From: Eledone cirrhosa
Lineage: Eukaryota
Direction of reading: 5' to 3'
DNA length: 64,000 bases
Assembly: GCA_964016885.1 (NCBI GenBank)
Contig: OZ024744.1
Span: 10,416,001-10,480,000, forward strand
Of the stretch, positions 40,701 through 55,700 are shown one piece after another. Position numbers and translations under genes: made by a program. Each line of letters starts with the position of its first letter. Position 1 is the stretch's first letter. The notes under the pieces were generated by a model that did no database searches, had not been told where the DNA came from, and saw only the letters and a program-made list of their open reading frames with translations.

Positions 40701-43700
40701 TTGTAATCCAATATGTAATGTTGTTGTACTCCAATATGTCTTGTTATAGTCCAATATGTCGTGTTGTTGTACTCCAATATGTCATGTTGTTGTACTCCAA
40801 TATTTCGTGTTGTTGTACCCCAATATGTCGTGTTGATTATACTCCAATTTTTGTTGCTGTTGTACTCCAATATGTTGTGTTGTTGTACTCCAATCTGTTG
40901 TGTTGTTATTCTCCAATATGTTGTGCTGTTGTACTCCAATGTGTTATGTTGTTATACTCCAATATGTTGTGCTGTGATACTCCAATATGTTGTGTTGTTG
41001 TACTCCAATCTGTTGTGTTGTTATACTCCAATATGTTGTGTTGTTATACTCCAATATGTTGTGTTGTTTTACTCCAATATGTTGTGTTGTTGTACTCCAA
41101 TATGTTGTGTTGTTGTACTCCAATATGTTGTGTTGTTGTAATCCAATATCTTGTGTTGTTATACTCCAATATGTTGTGTTGTTGTACTCCAATATGTTGT
41201 GTTGTTGTTCTCCAATATGTCGTGTTGTTATACTCCAATATGTTGTGTTATGATACTCCAATATGTTGTGCTGTTGTACTCCAATATTTTGTGTAGTTAT
41301 ACTCCAATATGTAGTGTTGTTATACTCCAATATGTTGTGATGTTGTACTCCAATCTGTTGTGTTGTTATACTCCATTATGTTGTGTTGTTATACTCCAAT
41401 ATATTGTGTTGTTGTACTCCAATAGGTTGTGTTGTTGTACTCCAATATGTTGTGTTGTTATACTCCAATATGTTGTGTTGTTATACTCCCAAAAGTTGTG
41501 TTGTTTTACTCCAATATGTTGTGTTGTTATACTCCAGTATGTTGTGTTGTTGTACTCCAATATGTTGTGATGTTGCACTCCAAAATGTTGTGTTGTTGTA
41601 CTCCAATATGTTGTGTTGTTGTACTCCAATACGTTGTGTTGTTGTACTCCAATATTTTGTGCTGTTATACTCCAATATGTTGTGTTGTTATACTCCAAAA
41701 AGTTGTGTTGTTTTACTCCAATATGTTGTGTTGTTATACTCCAGTATGTTGTGTTGTTGTACTCCAATATGTTGTGTTGTTGTACTCCAATATGTCATGT
41801 TATACTCCAATATGTCATGTTGTTTTACTCCAATATGTTGTGTTGTTGCACTCCAATATGTCGTGTTGTTGTACTCCAATATGTTGTGTTTTTGTACTCC
41901 AATATGTTGTGTTGTTATACTCCAATATGTTGTGCTGTTGTACTCCAATATGTCAGGTTGTTGTACTCCGATATTTCGTGTTGTTCTACTCCAATATTTC
42001 GTGTTGTTTTACTCCAATATGTCGTGGTGTTGTACTCCAATATGTTTTGATGTTGTACTCCAATATGTCGTGTTGTTGTACTCCAATATGTTGTGTTGTT
42101 GAACTCCAATATGCTGTGTTGTTATACTCCTAAATGTTGTGTTGTTGTACTCCAATATGTTGTGTTGTACTCCAATATGTTGTGTTGTACTCCAATATGT
42201 TGTGTTGTTACACTCCACAATTTTGTGTTGTTGTACTCCAAAATGTGATGTTGTTGTACTCCAATATGTCGTATTGTTGTACTCCAATATGTTGCGTTGT
42301 TATACTCCAATATTTCGTGTTGTTTTACTCCAATATGTCGTGTTTTTGTACTCCAATATATTGTGTTGTTGTACTCCAATATGTTGTGTTGTTGTACTCC
42401 AATATGTTGTGTTGTTATACTCCAATATGTTGTGTTGTTATACTCCAAAAAGTTGTGTTGTTTTACTCCAATATGTTGTGCTGTTATACTCCAGTATGTT
42501 GTGTTGTTGTACTCCAATATTTTGTGATGTTGTACTCCAATATGTTGTGTTGTTGTACTCCAATATGTTGTGTTGTTGTACTCCAATACGTTGTGTTGTT
42601 GTACTCCAATATTTTGTGCTGTTATACTCCAATATGTTGTGTTGTTATACTCCAAAAAGTTGTGTTGTTTTACTCCAATATGTTGTGTTGTTATACTCCA
42701 GTATGTTGTGTTGTTGTACTCCAATATGTTGTGTTGTTGTACTCCAATATGTCATGTTATACTCCAATATGTCATCTTGTTTTACTCCAATATGTTGTGT
42801 TGTTGCACTCCAATATGTCGTGTTGTTGTACTCCAATATGTTGTGTTTTGTACTCCAATATGTTGTGTTATTGTACTCCAATATGCTGTGCTGTTGTACT
42901 CCAATATGTTATGTTGTACTCCAATATGTTGTGTTGTTGTACTCCAATATATCATGTTGTCATACTCCAATATGTCATGTTATACTCCAATATGTCGTTG
43001 TTATACTCCAATATGTCATGTTGCTGTACTCCAATATGCCGCGCTGTTGTACTCCAATATGTTGTGTTGTTATTCTCCAATATGTTGTGCTGTTGTACTC
43101 CAATGTGTTATGTTGTTATACTCCAATATGTTGTGCTGTGATACTCCAATATGTTGTGTTGTTGTACTCCAATCTGTTGTGTTGTTATACTCCAATATGT
43201 TGTGTTGTTATACTCCAATATGTTGTGTTGTTTTACTCCAATATGTTTTGTTGTTGTACTCCAATATGTCGTGTTGTTGTACTCCAATATGTTGTGTTGT
43301 TGTAATCCAATATCTTGTGTTGTTATACTCCAATATGTTGTGTTGTTGTACTCCAATATGTTGTGTTGTTGTTCTCCAATATGTCGTGTTGTTATACTCC
43401 AATATGTTGTGTTATGATACTCCAATATGTTGTGCTGTTGTACTCCAATATGTTGTGTTGTTATACTCCAATATGTAGTTTTGTTATACTCCAATATGTT
43501 TTGTTGTTGTACTCCAATCTGTTGTGTTGTTATACTCCAATATGTTGTGTTGTTATACTCCAATATGTTGTGTTGTTTTACTCCAATATGTTGTGTTGTT
43601 GTACTCCAATATGTTGTGTTGTTGTACTCCAATATATCATGTTGTCGTACTCCAATATGTCATGTTATACTCCAATATGTCGTTGTTATACTCCAATATG

Positions 43701-46700
43701 TCATGATGTTGTACTCCAATATGTCGTGTTCTTGTGCTCCAATATGTCGTGTTGTCGTACTCCAATATGTTGTGTTGTTGTACTCCAATATGTTTTGTTG
43801 TTGTACTCCAATATGTTGTGTTGTTATACTCCAATATGTTGTGCTGTTGTACTCCAATATTTCGTGTTGTTGTACTCCAATACATCGTGTTGTACTCCAA
43901 TATGTTGTGTTGTTGTTGTACTCCAATATGTTTTGATGTTGTACTCCAATATGTTGTGTTGTTGTACTCCAATATGTTGTGTAGTCATACTCCAATACGT
44001 TGTGTTGTTGTACTCCAATATGATGTGATGTTGTACTCCAATATGATGTGCTGTTGTACTCCAATGCGTTGTGTTGTTGTACTCCAATGTGTTGTGTTGT
44101 TATACTCCAATATGTTGTGTTGTTATACTCCAATATGTTGTGCTGTTGTACTCCAAATCTCGTGTTGTTATACTCCAATGTGTTGTGTTGTTATACTCCA
44201 ATATGGTGTGTTGTTGTACTCCAATATGTTGTATTATTTTTCTCCAATATGCCATGTTATACTCCAATATGTTGTGTTCGTGTACTCCAATATGTTGTGT
44301 TATTGTACTCCAATATGTTGCGTTGTTGTACTCCAATATGTTGTGTTGTTATACTCCAATATGTTGTGTTGTTGTACTCCTATATGTTGTCTTGTTGTAC
44401 TCCAAAAGGTCATATTATTGTACTCCAATATGTATTGTTATACTCCAATATGTCGTGTGTCTGTACTCCAATATGTCATTTTGTTGTACTCCAATATGTC
44501 TTGTTATAGTCCAATATGTCGTGTTGTTGTACTCCAATATGTCATGTAGTTGTACTCCAATATTTCGTGTTGTTATACCCCAATATGTCGTGTTGTTTAT
44601 ACTCCAATATGTTTTGCTGTTGTACTCCAATATGTTGTGTTGCTGTACTCCAATATGTTGTGTTGTTGTACTCCAATATGTTGTGTTGTTGTAATCCAAT
44701 ATCTTGTGTTGTTATACTCCAATATGTTGTGTTGTTATACTCCAATATGTTGTGTTGTGATACTCCAATATGTTGTGCTGTTGTACTCCAATATGTTGAG
44801 TTGTTATACTCCAATATGTAGTGTTGTTATACTCCAATATGTTGTGTTGTTGTACTCCAATCTGTTGTGTTATACTCCAATATGTTGTGTTGTTATACTC
44901 CAATATGTTGTGTTGTTGTACTCCAATATGTTGTGTTGTTATTCTCCAATATGTTGTGCTGTTGTACTCCAATGTGTTATGTTGTTATACTCCAATATGT
45001 TGTGCTGTGATACTCCAATATGTTGTGTTGTTGTACTCCAATCTGTTGTGTTGTTATACTCCAATATGTTGTGTTGTTATACTCCAATATGTTATGTTGT
45101 TTTACTCCAATATGTTGTGTTGTTGTACTCCAATATGTTGTGTTGTTGTACTCCAATATGTTGTGTTGTTGTAATCCAATATGTTGTGTTGTTATACTCC
45201 AATATGCTGTGTTGTTGTTCTCCAATATGTCGTGTTGTTATACTCCAATATGTTGTGTTATGATACTCCAATATGTTGTGCTGTTGTACTCCAATATGTT
45301 GTGTTGTTATACTCCAATATGTAGTGTTGTTATACTCCAATATGTTGTGTTGTTGTACTCCAATCTGTTGTGTTGTTATACTCCAATATGTTGTGTTGTT
45401 ATACTCCAATATGTAGTGTTGTTATACTCCAATATGTTGTGTTGTTGTACTCCAATCTGTTGTGTTGTTATACTCCAATATGTTGTGTTGTTATACTCCA
45501 ATATGTTGTGTTGTTTTACTCCAATATGTTGTGTTACTGTACTCCAATATGTTGTGTTGTTGTACTCCAATATGTTGTGCTGCTGTACTCCAATATATTG
45601 TGTTATACTCCAATATGTTGTGCTGTTGTACTCCAATATGTTGTGTTGTTATACTCCAATATGTAGTGTTGTTATACTCCAATATGTTGTGTTGTTGTAC
45701 TCCAATCTGTTGTGTTGTTATACTCCAATATGTTGTGTTGTTATACTCCAATATGTAGTGTTGTTATACTCCAATATGTTGTGTTGTTGTACTCCAATAT
45801 GTTGTGTTGTTGTAATCCAAAATGTTGTGTTGTTATACTCCAATATGTTGTGTTGTAATACTCCAATATGTTGTGTTATACTCCAATGTGTTGTGTTCTT
45901 GTACTCCAATATGAAGTGTTGTAATACTCCAATATGTAGTGCTGTTGTTATACTCCAATATGTTGTGTTATAATCCAATGTGTTGTGTTGTTGTACTCCA
46001 ATCTGTTGTGTTGTTATACTCCAATCTGTTGTGTTGTTATACTGCAATATGTTTTGTTGTTATACTCCAATATGTTGTGTTGTTATACTCCAAGATGTTG
46101 TGCTGTGATACTCTAATATGTTGTGTTTCTGTACTCCAATATGTTGTGTTGTTGTACTCCAATATGTTGTGTTGTTGTAATCCAATATCTTGTGCTGTTA
46201 TACTCCAATATGTTGTGTTGTTGTACTCCAATATGTTGTGTTGTTATACTCCAATATGTTGTGTTGTGATACTCCAAAGTGTTGTGCTGTTGTACTCCAA
46301 TATGTTGTGTTGTTTTACTCCAATAGGTTGCGTTGTTGTACTCCAATCTGTTGTGTTGTTATACTCCAATATGTTGTGTTGTTATACTCCAATATGGTGT
46401 GTTGTTTTACTCCAATATGTTGTGTTGTTGCAATCCAATATGTTTGTGTTGTTTTACTCCAATATGTTGTGTTGTTATACTCCAATATGTTGTGTTGTTA
46501 TACTCAAATATGTTGTGTTGTTGTACTCCAATATGGTGTGTTGTTGTACTCCAATATGTTGTGTTGTTGTACTCCAATATGTTGTGTTGTTATACTCCAA
46601 TATGTTGTGTTGGTGTACTCCAATATGTTGTGCTGTTGAACTCCAAATCTCGTGTTGTTATACTCCAATGTGTTGTGTTGTTATACTCCAATATGTTGTG

Positions 46701-49700
46701 TTGTTGTACTCCAATATGTTGTGTTGTTGTACTCCAATATGTTGTGTTGTTGTACTCCAATATGTTGTGTTGTTGTACTCCAATATGTGATGTTGTTGTA
46801 CTCCAATATGTCGTGATGTTGTACTCCAATATGTTGTGTTGTTATACTCCAATATTTCGTGTTGTTTTACTCCAATATGTCATGGTGTTGTACTCCAATA
46901 TTTCGTGTGGCTGTATTCCAATATGTCATGGTGTTGTACTTCAATATGTCGTATTGTTGTACTCCAATATGTTGTGTTGTTGTTCTCCAATATGTCGTGT
47001 TGTTATACTCCAATATGTTATGATGTTGGACTCCAATATATTGTGTTGTTGTACTCCAATATGTTGTGTTTTTGTAATCCAATATGTAATGTTGTTGTAC
47101 TCCAATATGTCTTGTTATAGTCCAATATGTCGTGTTGTTGTACTCCAATATGTCATGTTGTTGTACTCCAATATTTCTTGTTGTTGTACCCCAATATGTC
47201 GTGTTGATTATACTCCAATTTTTGTTGCTGTTGTACTCCAATATGTTGTGTTGTTGTACTCCAATCTGTTGTGTCGTTATTCTCCAATATGTTGTGCTGT
47301 TGTACTCCAATGTGTTATGTTGTTATACTCCAATATGTTGTGCTGTGATATTCCAATATGTTGTGTTGTTGTACTCCAATCTGTTGTGTTGTTATACTCC
47401 AATATGTTGTGTTGTTATACTCCAATATGTTGTGTTGTTTTACTCCAATATGTTGTGTTGTTGTACTCCAATATGTTGTGTTGTTGTAATCCAATATCTT
47501 GTGTTGTTATACTCCAATATGTTGTGTTGTTGTACTCCAATATGTTGTGTTGTTGTTCTCCAATATGTCGTGTTGTTATACTCCAATATGTTGTGTTATG
47601 ATACTCCAATATGTTGTGCTGTTGTACTCCAATATTTTGTGTTGTTATACTCCAATATGTAGTGTTGTTATACTCCAATATGTTGTGTTGTTGTACTCCA
47701 ATCTGTTGTGTTGTTATACTCCAATATGTTGTGTTGTTATACTCCAATATGTTGTGTTGTTTTACTCCAATATGTTGTGTTGTTGTACTCCAATATGTTG
47801 TATTGTTGTTCTCCAATATGTCATGTTATACTCCAATAAGTTGTGTTCTTGTACTCCAATATGTTGTGTTGTTGTACTCCAATATGTTGTGTTGTTGTAC
47901 TCCAATATATCATGTTGTCGTACTCCAATATATCATGTTATACTCCAATGTGTCGTTGTTATACTCCAATATGTCATGATGTTGTACTCCAATATGTCGT
48001 GTTCTTGTACTCCAATATGTCGTGTTGTCGTACTCCAATATATTGTGTTGTTGTACTCCAATATGTTATGTTGTTGTACTCCAATATGTTGTGTTGTTAT
48101 ACTCGAATATGTTGTGTTGTTATACTCCCAAAAGTTGTGTTGTTTTACTCCAATATGTTGTGTTGTTATACTCCAGTATGTTGTGTTGTTGTACTCCAAT
48201 ATGTTGTGATGTTGTACTCCAAAATGTTGTGTTGTTGTACTCCAATATGTTGTGTTGTTGTACTCCAATACGTTGTGTTGTTGTACTCCAATATTTTGTG
48301 CTGTTATACTCCAATATGTTGTGTTGTTATACTCCAAAAAGTTGTGTTGTTTTACTCCAATATGTTGTGTTGTTATACTCCAGTATGTTGTGTTGTTGTA
48401 CTCCAATATGTTGTGTTGTTGTACTCCAATATGTCATGTTATACTCCAATATGTCATGTTGTTTTACTCCAATATGTTGTGTTGTTGCACTCCAATATGT
48501 CGTGTTGTTGTACTCCAATATGTTGTGTTTTGTACTCCAATATGTTGTGTTATTGTACTCCAATATGTTGTGTTGTTATACTCCAATACGCTGTGCTGTT
48601 GTACTCCAATATGTTATGTTATACTCCAATATGCTGTGTTGTTGTACTCCAATATATCATGTTGTCGTACTCCAATATGTCATGTTATACTCCAATATGT
48701 CGTTGATATACTCCAATATGTCGTGTTGCTGTACTCCAATATGCCGCGCTGTTGTACTCCAATATGTTTTGATGTTGTACTCCAATATGTTGTGTTGTTG
48801 TACTCCAATATGTTGTGTTGTTGTACTCCAATATGTTGTGTTGTTATACTCCAATATGTTGTGCTGTTGTACTCCAATATGTCAGGTTGTTGTACTCCGA
48901 TATTTCGTGTTGTTCTACTCCAATATTTCGTGTTGTTTTACTCCAATACGTCGTGGTGTTGTACTCCAATATGTTTTGATGTTGTACTCCAATATGTCGT
49001 GTTGTTGTACTCCAATATGTTGTGTTGTTGAACTCCAATATGCTGTGTTGTTATACTCCTAAATGTTGTGTTGTTGTACTCCAATATGTTGTGTTGTACT
49101 CCAATATGTTGTGTTGTTACACTCCACAATGTTGTGTTGTTGTACTCCAAAATGTGATGTTGTTGTACTCCAATATGTCGTATTGTTGTACTCCAATATG
49201 TTGTGTTGTTATACTCCAATATTTCGTGTTGTTTTACTCCAATATCTCATGTTGTTGTACTCCAATATTTCGTGTTGTTGTACTCCAATATGTCATGGTG
49301 TTGTACTTCAATATGTCGTATTGTTGTACTCCAGTATGTTGTGTTGTTGTTCTCCAATATGTCGTGTTGTTATACTCCAATATGTTATGATGTTGTACTC
49401 CAATATATTGTGTTGTTGTACTCCAATATGTTGTGTTGTTATACTCCAATATATTGTGTTATTTTACTCCAATATGTTGTGTTGTTGTACTCCAATATGT
49501 TGTGTTGTTGTACTCCAATATGTTGTGTTGTTGTAATCCAATATCTTGTGTTGTTGTACTCCAATATGTTGTGTTGTTGTTCTCCAATATGTTGTGTTGT
49601 TATACTCCAATATGTTGTGTTGTGATACTCCAATATGTTGTGCTGTTGTACTCCAATATGTGTTGTTGTTGTACTCCAATATGTTGCGTTGTTGTACTCC

Positions 49701-52700
49701 AATATATCATGTTGTCGTACTCCAATATGTCATGTTATACTCCAATATGTTTTGATGCTGTACTCCAATATGTTGTGTTGTTGTACTACAATATGTTGTG
49801 TTGCTGTACTCCAATATGTTGTGTTGTTGTACTCCAATATGTTGTGTTGTTGTAATCCAATATCTTGTGTTGTTATACTCCAATATGTTGTGTTGTGATA
49901 CTCCAATATGTTGTGCTGTTGTACTCCAATATGTTGAGTTGTTATACTCCAATATGTAGTGTTGTTATACTCCAATATGTTGTGTTGTTGTACTCCAATC
50001 TGTTGTGTTATACTCCAATATGTTGTGTTGTTATACTCCAATATGTTGTGTTGTTATACTCCAATATGTTGTGTTGTTTTACTCCAATATGTTGTGTTGT
50101 TGTACTCCAATATGTTGTATTGTTGATCTCCAATAAGTTGTGTTCTTGTACTCCAATATATTGTGTTGTTGTACTCCAATATGTTGTGTTTTTGCAATCC
50201 AATATTTAATGTTGTTGTACTCCAATATGTCTTGTTATATTCCAATATGTCGTGTTGTTGTACTCCAATATGTCATGTTGTTGTACTCCAATATTTCTTG
50301 TTGTTGTACCCCAATATGTCGTGTTGATTATACTCCAATTTTTGTTGCTGTTGTACTCCAATATGTTGTGTTGTTGTACTCCAATATGTTGTGTTGTTGT
50401 ACTCCAATATGTTGTGTTGTTATTCTCCAATATGTTGTGCTGTTGTACTCCAATGTGTTATGTTGTTATACTCCAATATGTTGTGCTGTGATACTCCAAT
50501 ATGTTGTGTTGTTGTACTCCAATCTGTTGTGTTGTTATACTCCAATATGTTGTTTTGTTATACTCCAATATGTTATGTTGTTTTACTCCAATATGTTGTG
50601 TTGTTGTACTCCAATATGTTGTGTTGTTGTACTCCAATATGTTGTGTTGTTGTAATCCAATATCTTGTGTTGTTATACTCCAATATGTTGTGTTGTTGTA
50701 CTCCAATATGTTGTGTTGTTGTTCTCCAATATGTCGTGTTGTTATACTCCAATATGTTGTGTTATGATACTCCAATATGTTGTGCTGTTGTACTCCAATA
50801 TGTTGTGTTGTTATACTCCAAGATGTAGTGTTGTTATACTCCAATATGTTGTGTTGTTGTACTCCAATATGTTGTGTTGTTATACTCCAATATGTTGTGT
50901 TGTTATACTCCAATATGTAGTGTTGTTATACTCCAATATGTTGTGTTGTTGTACTCCAATCTGTTGTGTTGTTATACTCCAATATGTTGTGTTGTTATAC
51001 CCCAATATGTTGTGTTGTTTTACTCCAATATGTTGTGTTGCCATACTCCAATATGTTGTGTTGTTGTACTCCAATATGTTGTGCTGCTGTACTCCAATAT
51101 ATTGTGTTATACTCCAATATGTTGTGTTGTTGTACTCCAATATGTTGTGTTGTTGTAATCCAAAATGTTGTGTTGTTATACTCCAATATGTTGTGTTGTA
51201 AAACTCCAATATGTTGTGCTCCAATATGTTGTGTTATACTCCAATGTGTTGTGTTCTTGTACTCCAATATGAAGTGTTGTAATACTCCAATATGTAGTGC
51301 TGTTGTTATACTCCAATATGTTGTGTTATAATCCAATGTGTTGTGTTGTTGTACTCCAATCTGTTGTGTTGTTATACTCCAATCTGTTGTGTTGTTATAC
51401 TGCAATATGTTGTGTTGTTATACTCCAATATGGTGTATTGTTGTACTCCAATATGTTGTATTGTTGTTCTCCAATATGTTATGTTATACTCCAATATGTT
51501 GTGTTCGTGTACTCCAATATTTTGTGATATTGTACGCCAATATGTTGTGTTGTTGTACTCCAATATGTTGTGTTGTTATACTCCAATATGTTGTGTTGTT
51601 GTACTCCAATATGTTGTTGTACTCCAACATGTTGTGTTGTTGTACTCCAATATGTTGTTGTACTCCAACATGTTGTGTTGTTGTACTCCAATATGTAGTG
51701 TTGTTGTAATCCAATATGTTGTGTTGTTGTACTCCAATATATAGTGCTGTTGTACTCCAATATGTTGTGTTGTTGTACTCCAATATGTTGTGCTGTTGTA
51801 CTCCAATATGTTGTGTTGTTATACTCCAATATGTTGTGTTGTTATACTCCAATAAGTTGTGTTGTTTTACTCCAATATGTTGTGTTGTTATACTCCAGTA
51901 TGTTGTGTTGTTGTACTCCAATATGTTGTGTTGTTATACTCCAATATGTTGTGTTGTTATACTCCAATAAGTTGTGTTGTTTTACTCCAATATGTTGTGT
52001 TGTTGTACTCCAACATGTTGTGTTGTTGTACTCCAATATGTAGTGTTGTTGTAATCCAATATGTTGTGTTGTTGTAATCCAATAACTTGTGTTGTTATAC
52101 TCCAATATGTTGTGTTGTTGTAATCCAATATGTTGTGTTGTTGTTCTCCAATATGTTATGTTGTTATACTCCAATATGTTGTGTTGTGATATTCCAATAT
52201 GTTGTGCTGTTGTACTCCAATATTTTGAGTTGTTATACTCCAATATGTAGTGTTGTTATACGCCAATATGTTGTGTTGTTGTACTCCAATCTGTTGTGTT
52301 ATACTCCAATATGTTGTGTTGTTATACTCCAATATGTTGTGTTGTTATACTCCAATATGTTGTGTTGTTTTACTCCAATATGTTGTGCTGTTGAACTCCA
52401 ATATGTTGTATTGTTGATCTCCAATATGTCATGTTATACTCCAATAAGTTGTGTTCTTTTACTCCAATATGTTTTGTTGTTGTACTCCAATATGTTGTGT
52501 TGTTGTACTCCAATATATCATGTTGTCGTACTCCAATATGTCGTTGTTATACTCCAATATGTCATGTTGTTGTACTACAATATGTCGTGTTGTTGTACTC
52601 CAATATGTTTTGATGCTGTACTCCAATATGTTGTGTTGTTGTACTCCAATATGTTGTGTTGTTATACTCCAATATGTTGTGCTGTTGTACTCCAATATGT

Positions 52701-55700
52701 CATGTTGTCCTCCGATATTTCGTGTTATTGTACTCCAATATTTCGTGTTGTTGTACTCCAATATGTTGTGTTTTTGTACTCCAATATGTTTTGATGTTGT
52801 ACTCCAATATGTTGTGTTGTTGTACTCCAATATGTTGTGTTGTTATACTCCAATATGCTGTGTTGTTATACTCCTATATGTTGTGCTGTTGTACTCCAAT
52901 ATGTTGTGTTGTACTCCAATATGTTGTTTTGTTATACTCCAATATGTTGTGTTGTTGTACTCCAATATGTTGTGTTGTTGTACTCCAATATATGATGTTG
53001 TTGTACTCCAATATGTCGTGATGTTGTACTCCAATATGTTGTGTTGTTATACTCCAATATTTCGTGTTGTTTTACTCCAATATGTCATGTTGTTGTACTC
53101 CAATATTTCGTGTTGCTGTACTCCAATATGTCATGGTGTTGTACTTCAATATGTCGTATTGTTGTACTCCAATATGTTGTGTTGTTGTTCTCCAATATGT
53201 CGTGTTGTTATACTCCAATATGTTATGATGTTGGACTCCAATATATTGTGTTGTTGTACTCCAATATGTTGTGTTTTTGTAATCCAATATGTAATGTTGT
53301 TATACTCCAATATGTCTTGTTATAGTCCAATATGTCGTGTTGTTGTACTCCAATATGTCATGTTGTTGTACTCCAATATTTCGTGTTGTTGTACCCCAAT
53401 ATGTCGTGTTGATTATACTCCAATTTTTGTTGCTGTTGTACTCCAATATGTTGTGTTGTTGTACTCCAATATGTTGTGTTGTTATTCTCCAATATGTTGT
53501 GCTGTTGTACTCCAATGTGTTATGTTGTTATACTCCAATATGTTGTGCTGTGATACTCCAATATGTTGTGTTGTTGTACTCCAATCTGTTGTGTTGTTAT
53601 ACTCCAATATGTTGTGTTGTTATACTCCAATATGTTGTGTTGTTTTACTCCAATATGTTTTGTTGTTGTACTCCAATATGTTGTGTTGTTGTACTCCAAT
53701 ATGTTGTGTTGTTGTAATCCAATATCTTGTGTTGTTGTAATCCAATAACTTGTGTTGTTATACTCCAATATGTTGTGTTGTTGTACTCCAATATGTTGTG
53801 TTGTTGTTCTCCAATATGTCGTGTTGTTATACTCCAATATGTTGTGTTATGATACTCCAATATGTTGTGCTGTTGTACTCCAATATGTTGTGTTGTTATA
53901 CTCCAATATGTAGTTTTGTTATACTCCAATATGTTTTGTTGTTGTACTCCAATCTGTTGTGTTGTTATACTCCAATATGTTGTGTTGTTATACTCCAATA
54001 TGTTGTGTTGTTTTACTCCAATATGTTGTGTTGTTGTACTCCAATATGTTGTGTTGTTGTACTCCAATATATCATGTTGTCGTACTCCAATATGTCATGT
54101 TATACTCCAATATGTCGTTGTTATACTCCAATATGTCATGATGTTGTACTCCAATATGTCGTGTTCTTGTACTCCAATATGTCGTGTTCTTGTACTCCAA
54201 TATGTTGTGTTGTTGTACTCCAATATGTTGTGTTGTTGTACTCCAATATGTTGTGTTGTTATACTCCAATATGTTGTGCTGTTGTACTCCAATATTTCGT
54301 GTTGTTGTACTCCAATACATCGTGTTGTACTCCAATATGTTGTGTTGTTGTTGTACTCCAATATGTTTTGATGTTGTACTCCAATGTGTTGTGTTGTTGT
54401 ACTCCAATATGTTGTGTAGTCATACTCCAATACGTTGTGTTGTTGTACTCCAATATGATGTGATGTTGTACTCCAATATGATGTGCTGTTGTACTCCAAT
54501 GCGTTGTGTTGTTGTACTCCAATGTGTTGTGTTGTTATACTCCAATATGTTGTGTTGTTATACTCCAATATGTTGTGCTGTTGTACTCCAAATCTCGTGT
54601 TGTTATACTCCAATGTGTTGTGTTGTTATACTCCAATATGGTGTGTTGTTGTACTCCAATATGTTGTATTGTTTTTCTCCAATATGCCATTTTATACTCC
54701 AATATGTTGTGTTCGTGTACTCCAATATGTTGTGTTCGTGTACTCCAATATGTTGTGTTATTGTACTCCAATATGTTGCGTTGTTGTACTCCAATATGTT
54801 GTGTTGTTGTACTCCTATATGTTGTCTTGTTGTACTCCAAAAGGTCATATTATTGTACTCCAATATGTATTGTTATACTCCAATATGTCGTGTGTCTGTA
54901 CTCCAATATGTCATTTTGTTGTACTCCAATATGTCTTGTTATAGTCCAATATGTCGTGTTGTTGTACTCCAATATGTCATGTAGTTGTACTCCAATATTT
55001 CGTGTTGTTGTACCCCAATATGTCGTGTTGTTTATACTCCAATATGTTTTGGTGTTGTACTCCAATATGTTGCGTTGCTATACTCCAATATGTTGTGTTG
55101 TTGTACTCCAATATGTTGTGTTGTTGTAATCCAATATCTTGTGTTGTTATACTCCAATATGTTGTGTTGTTATACTCCAATATGTTGTGTTGTGATACTC
55201 CAATATGTTGTGCTGTTGTACTCCAATATGTTGAGTTGTTATACTCCAATATGTAGTGTTGTTATACTCCAATATGTTGTGTTGTTGTACTCCAATCTGT
55301 TGTGTTATACTCCAATATGTTGTGTTGTTATACTCCAATATGTTGTGTTGTTATACTCCAATATGTTGTGTTGTTGTACTCCAATATGTTGTATTGTTGA
55401 TCTCCAATAAGTTGTGTTCTTGTACTCCAATATATTGTGTTGTTGTACTCCAATATGTTGTGTTTTTGTAATCCAATATGTAATGTTGTTGTACTCCAAT
55501 ATGTCTTGTTATATTCCAATATGTCGTGTTGTTGTACTCCAATATGTCATGTTGTTGTACTCCAATATTTCTTGTTGTTGTACCCCAATATGTCGTGTTG
55601 ATTATACTCCAATTTTTGTTGCTGTTGTACTCCAATATGTTGTGTTGTTGTACTCCAATATGTTGTGTTGTTGTACTCCAATATGTTGTGTTGTTATTCT

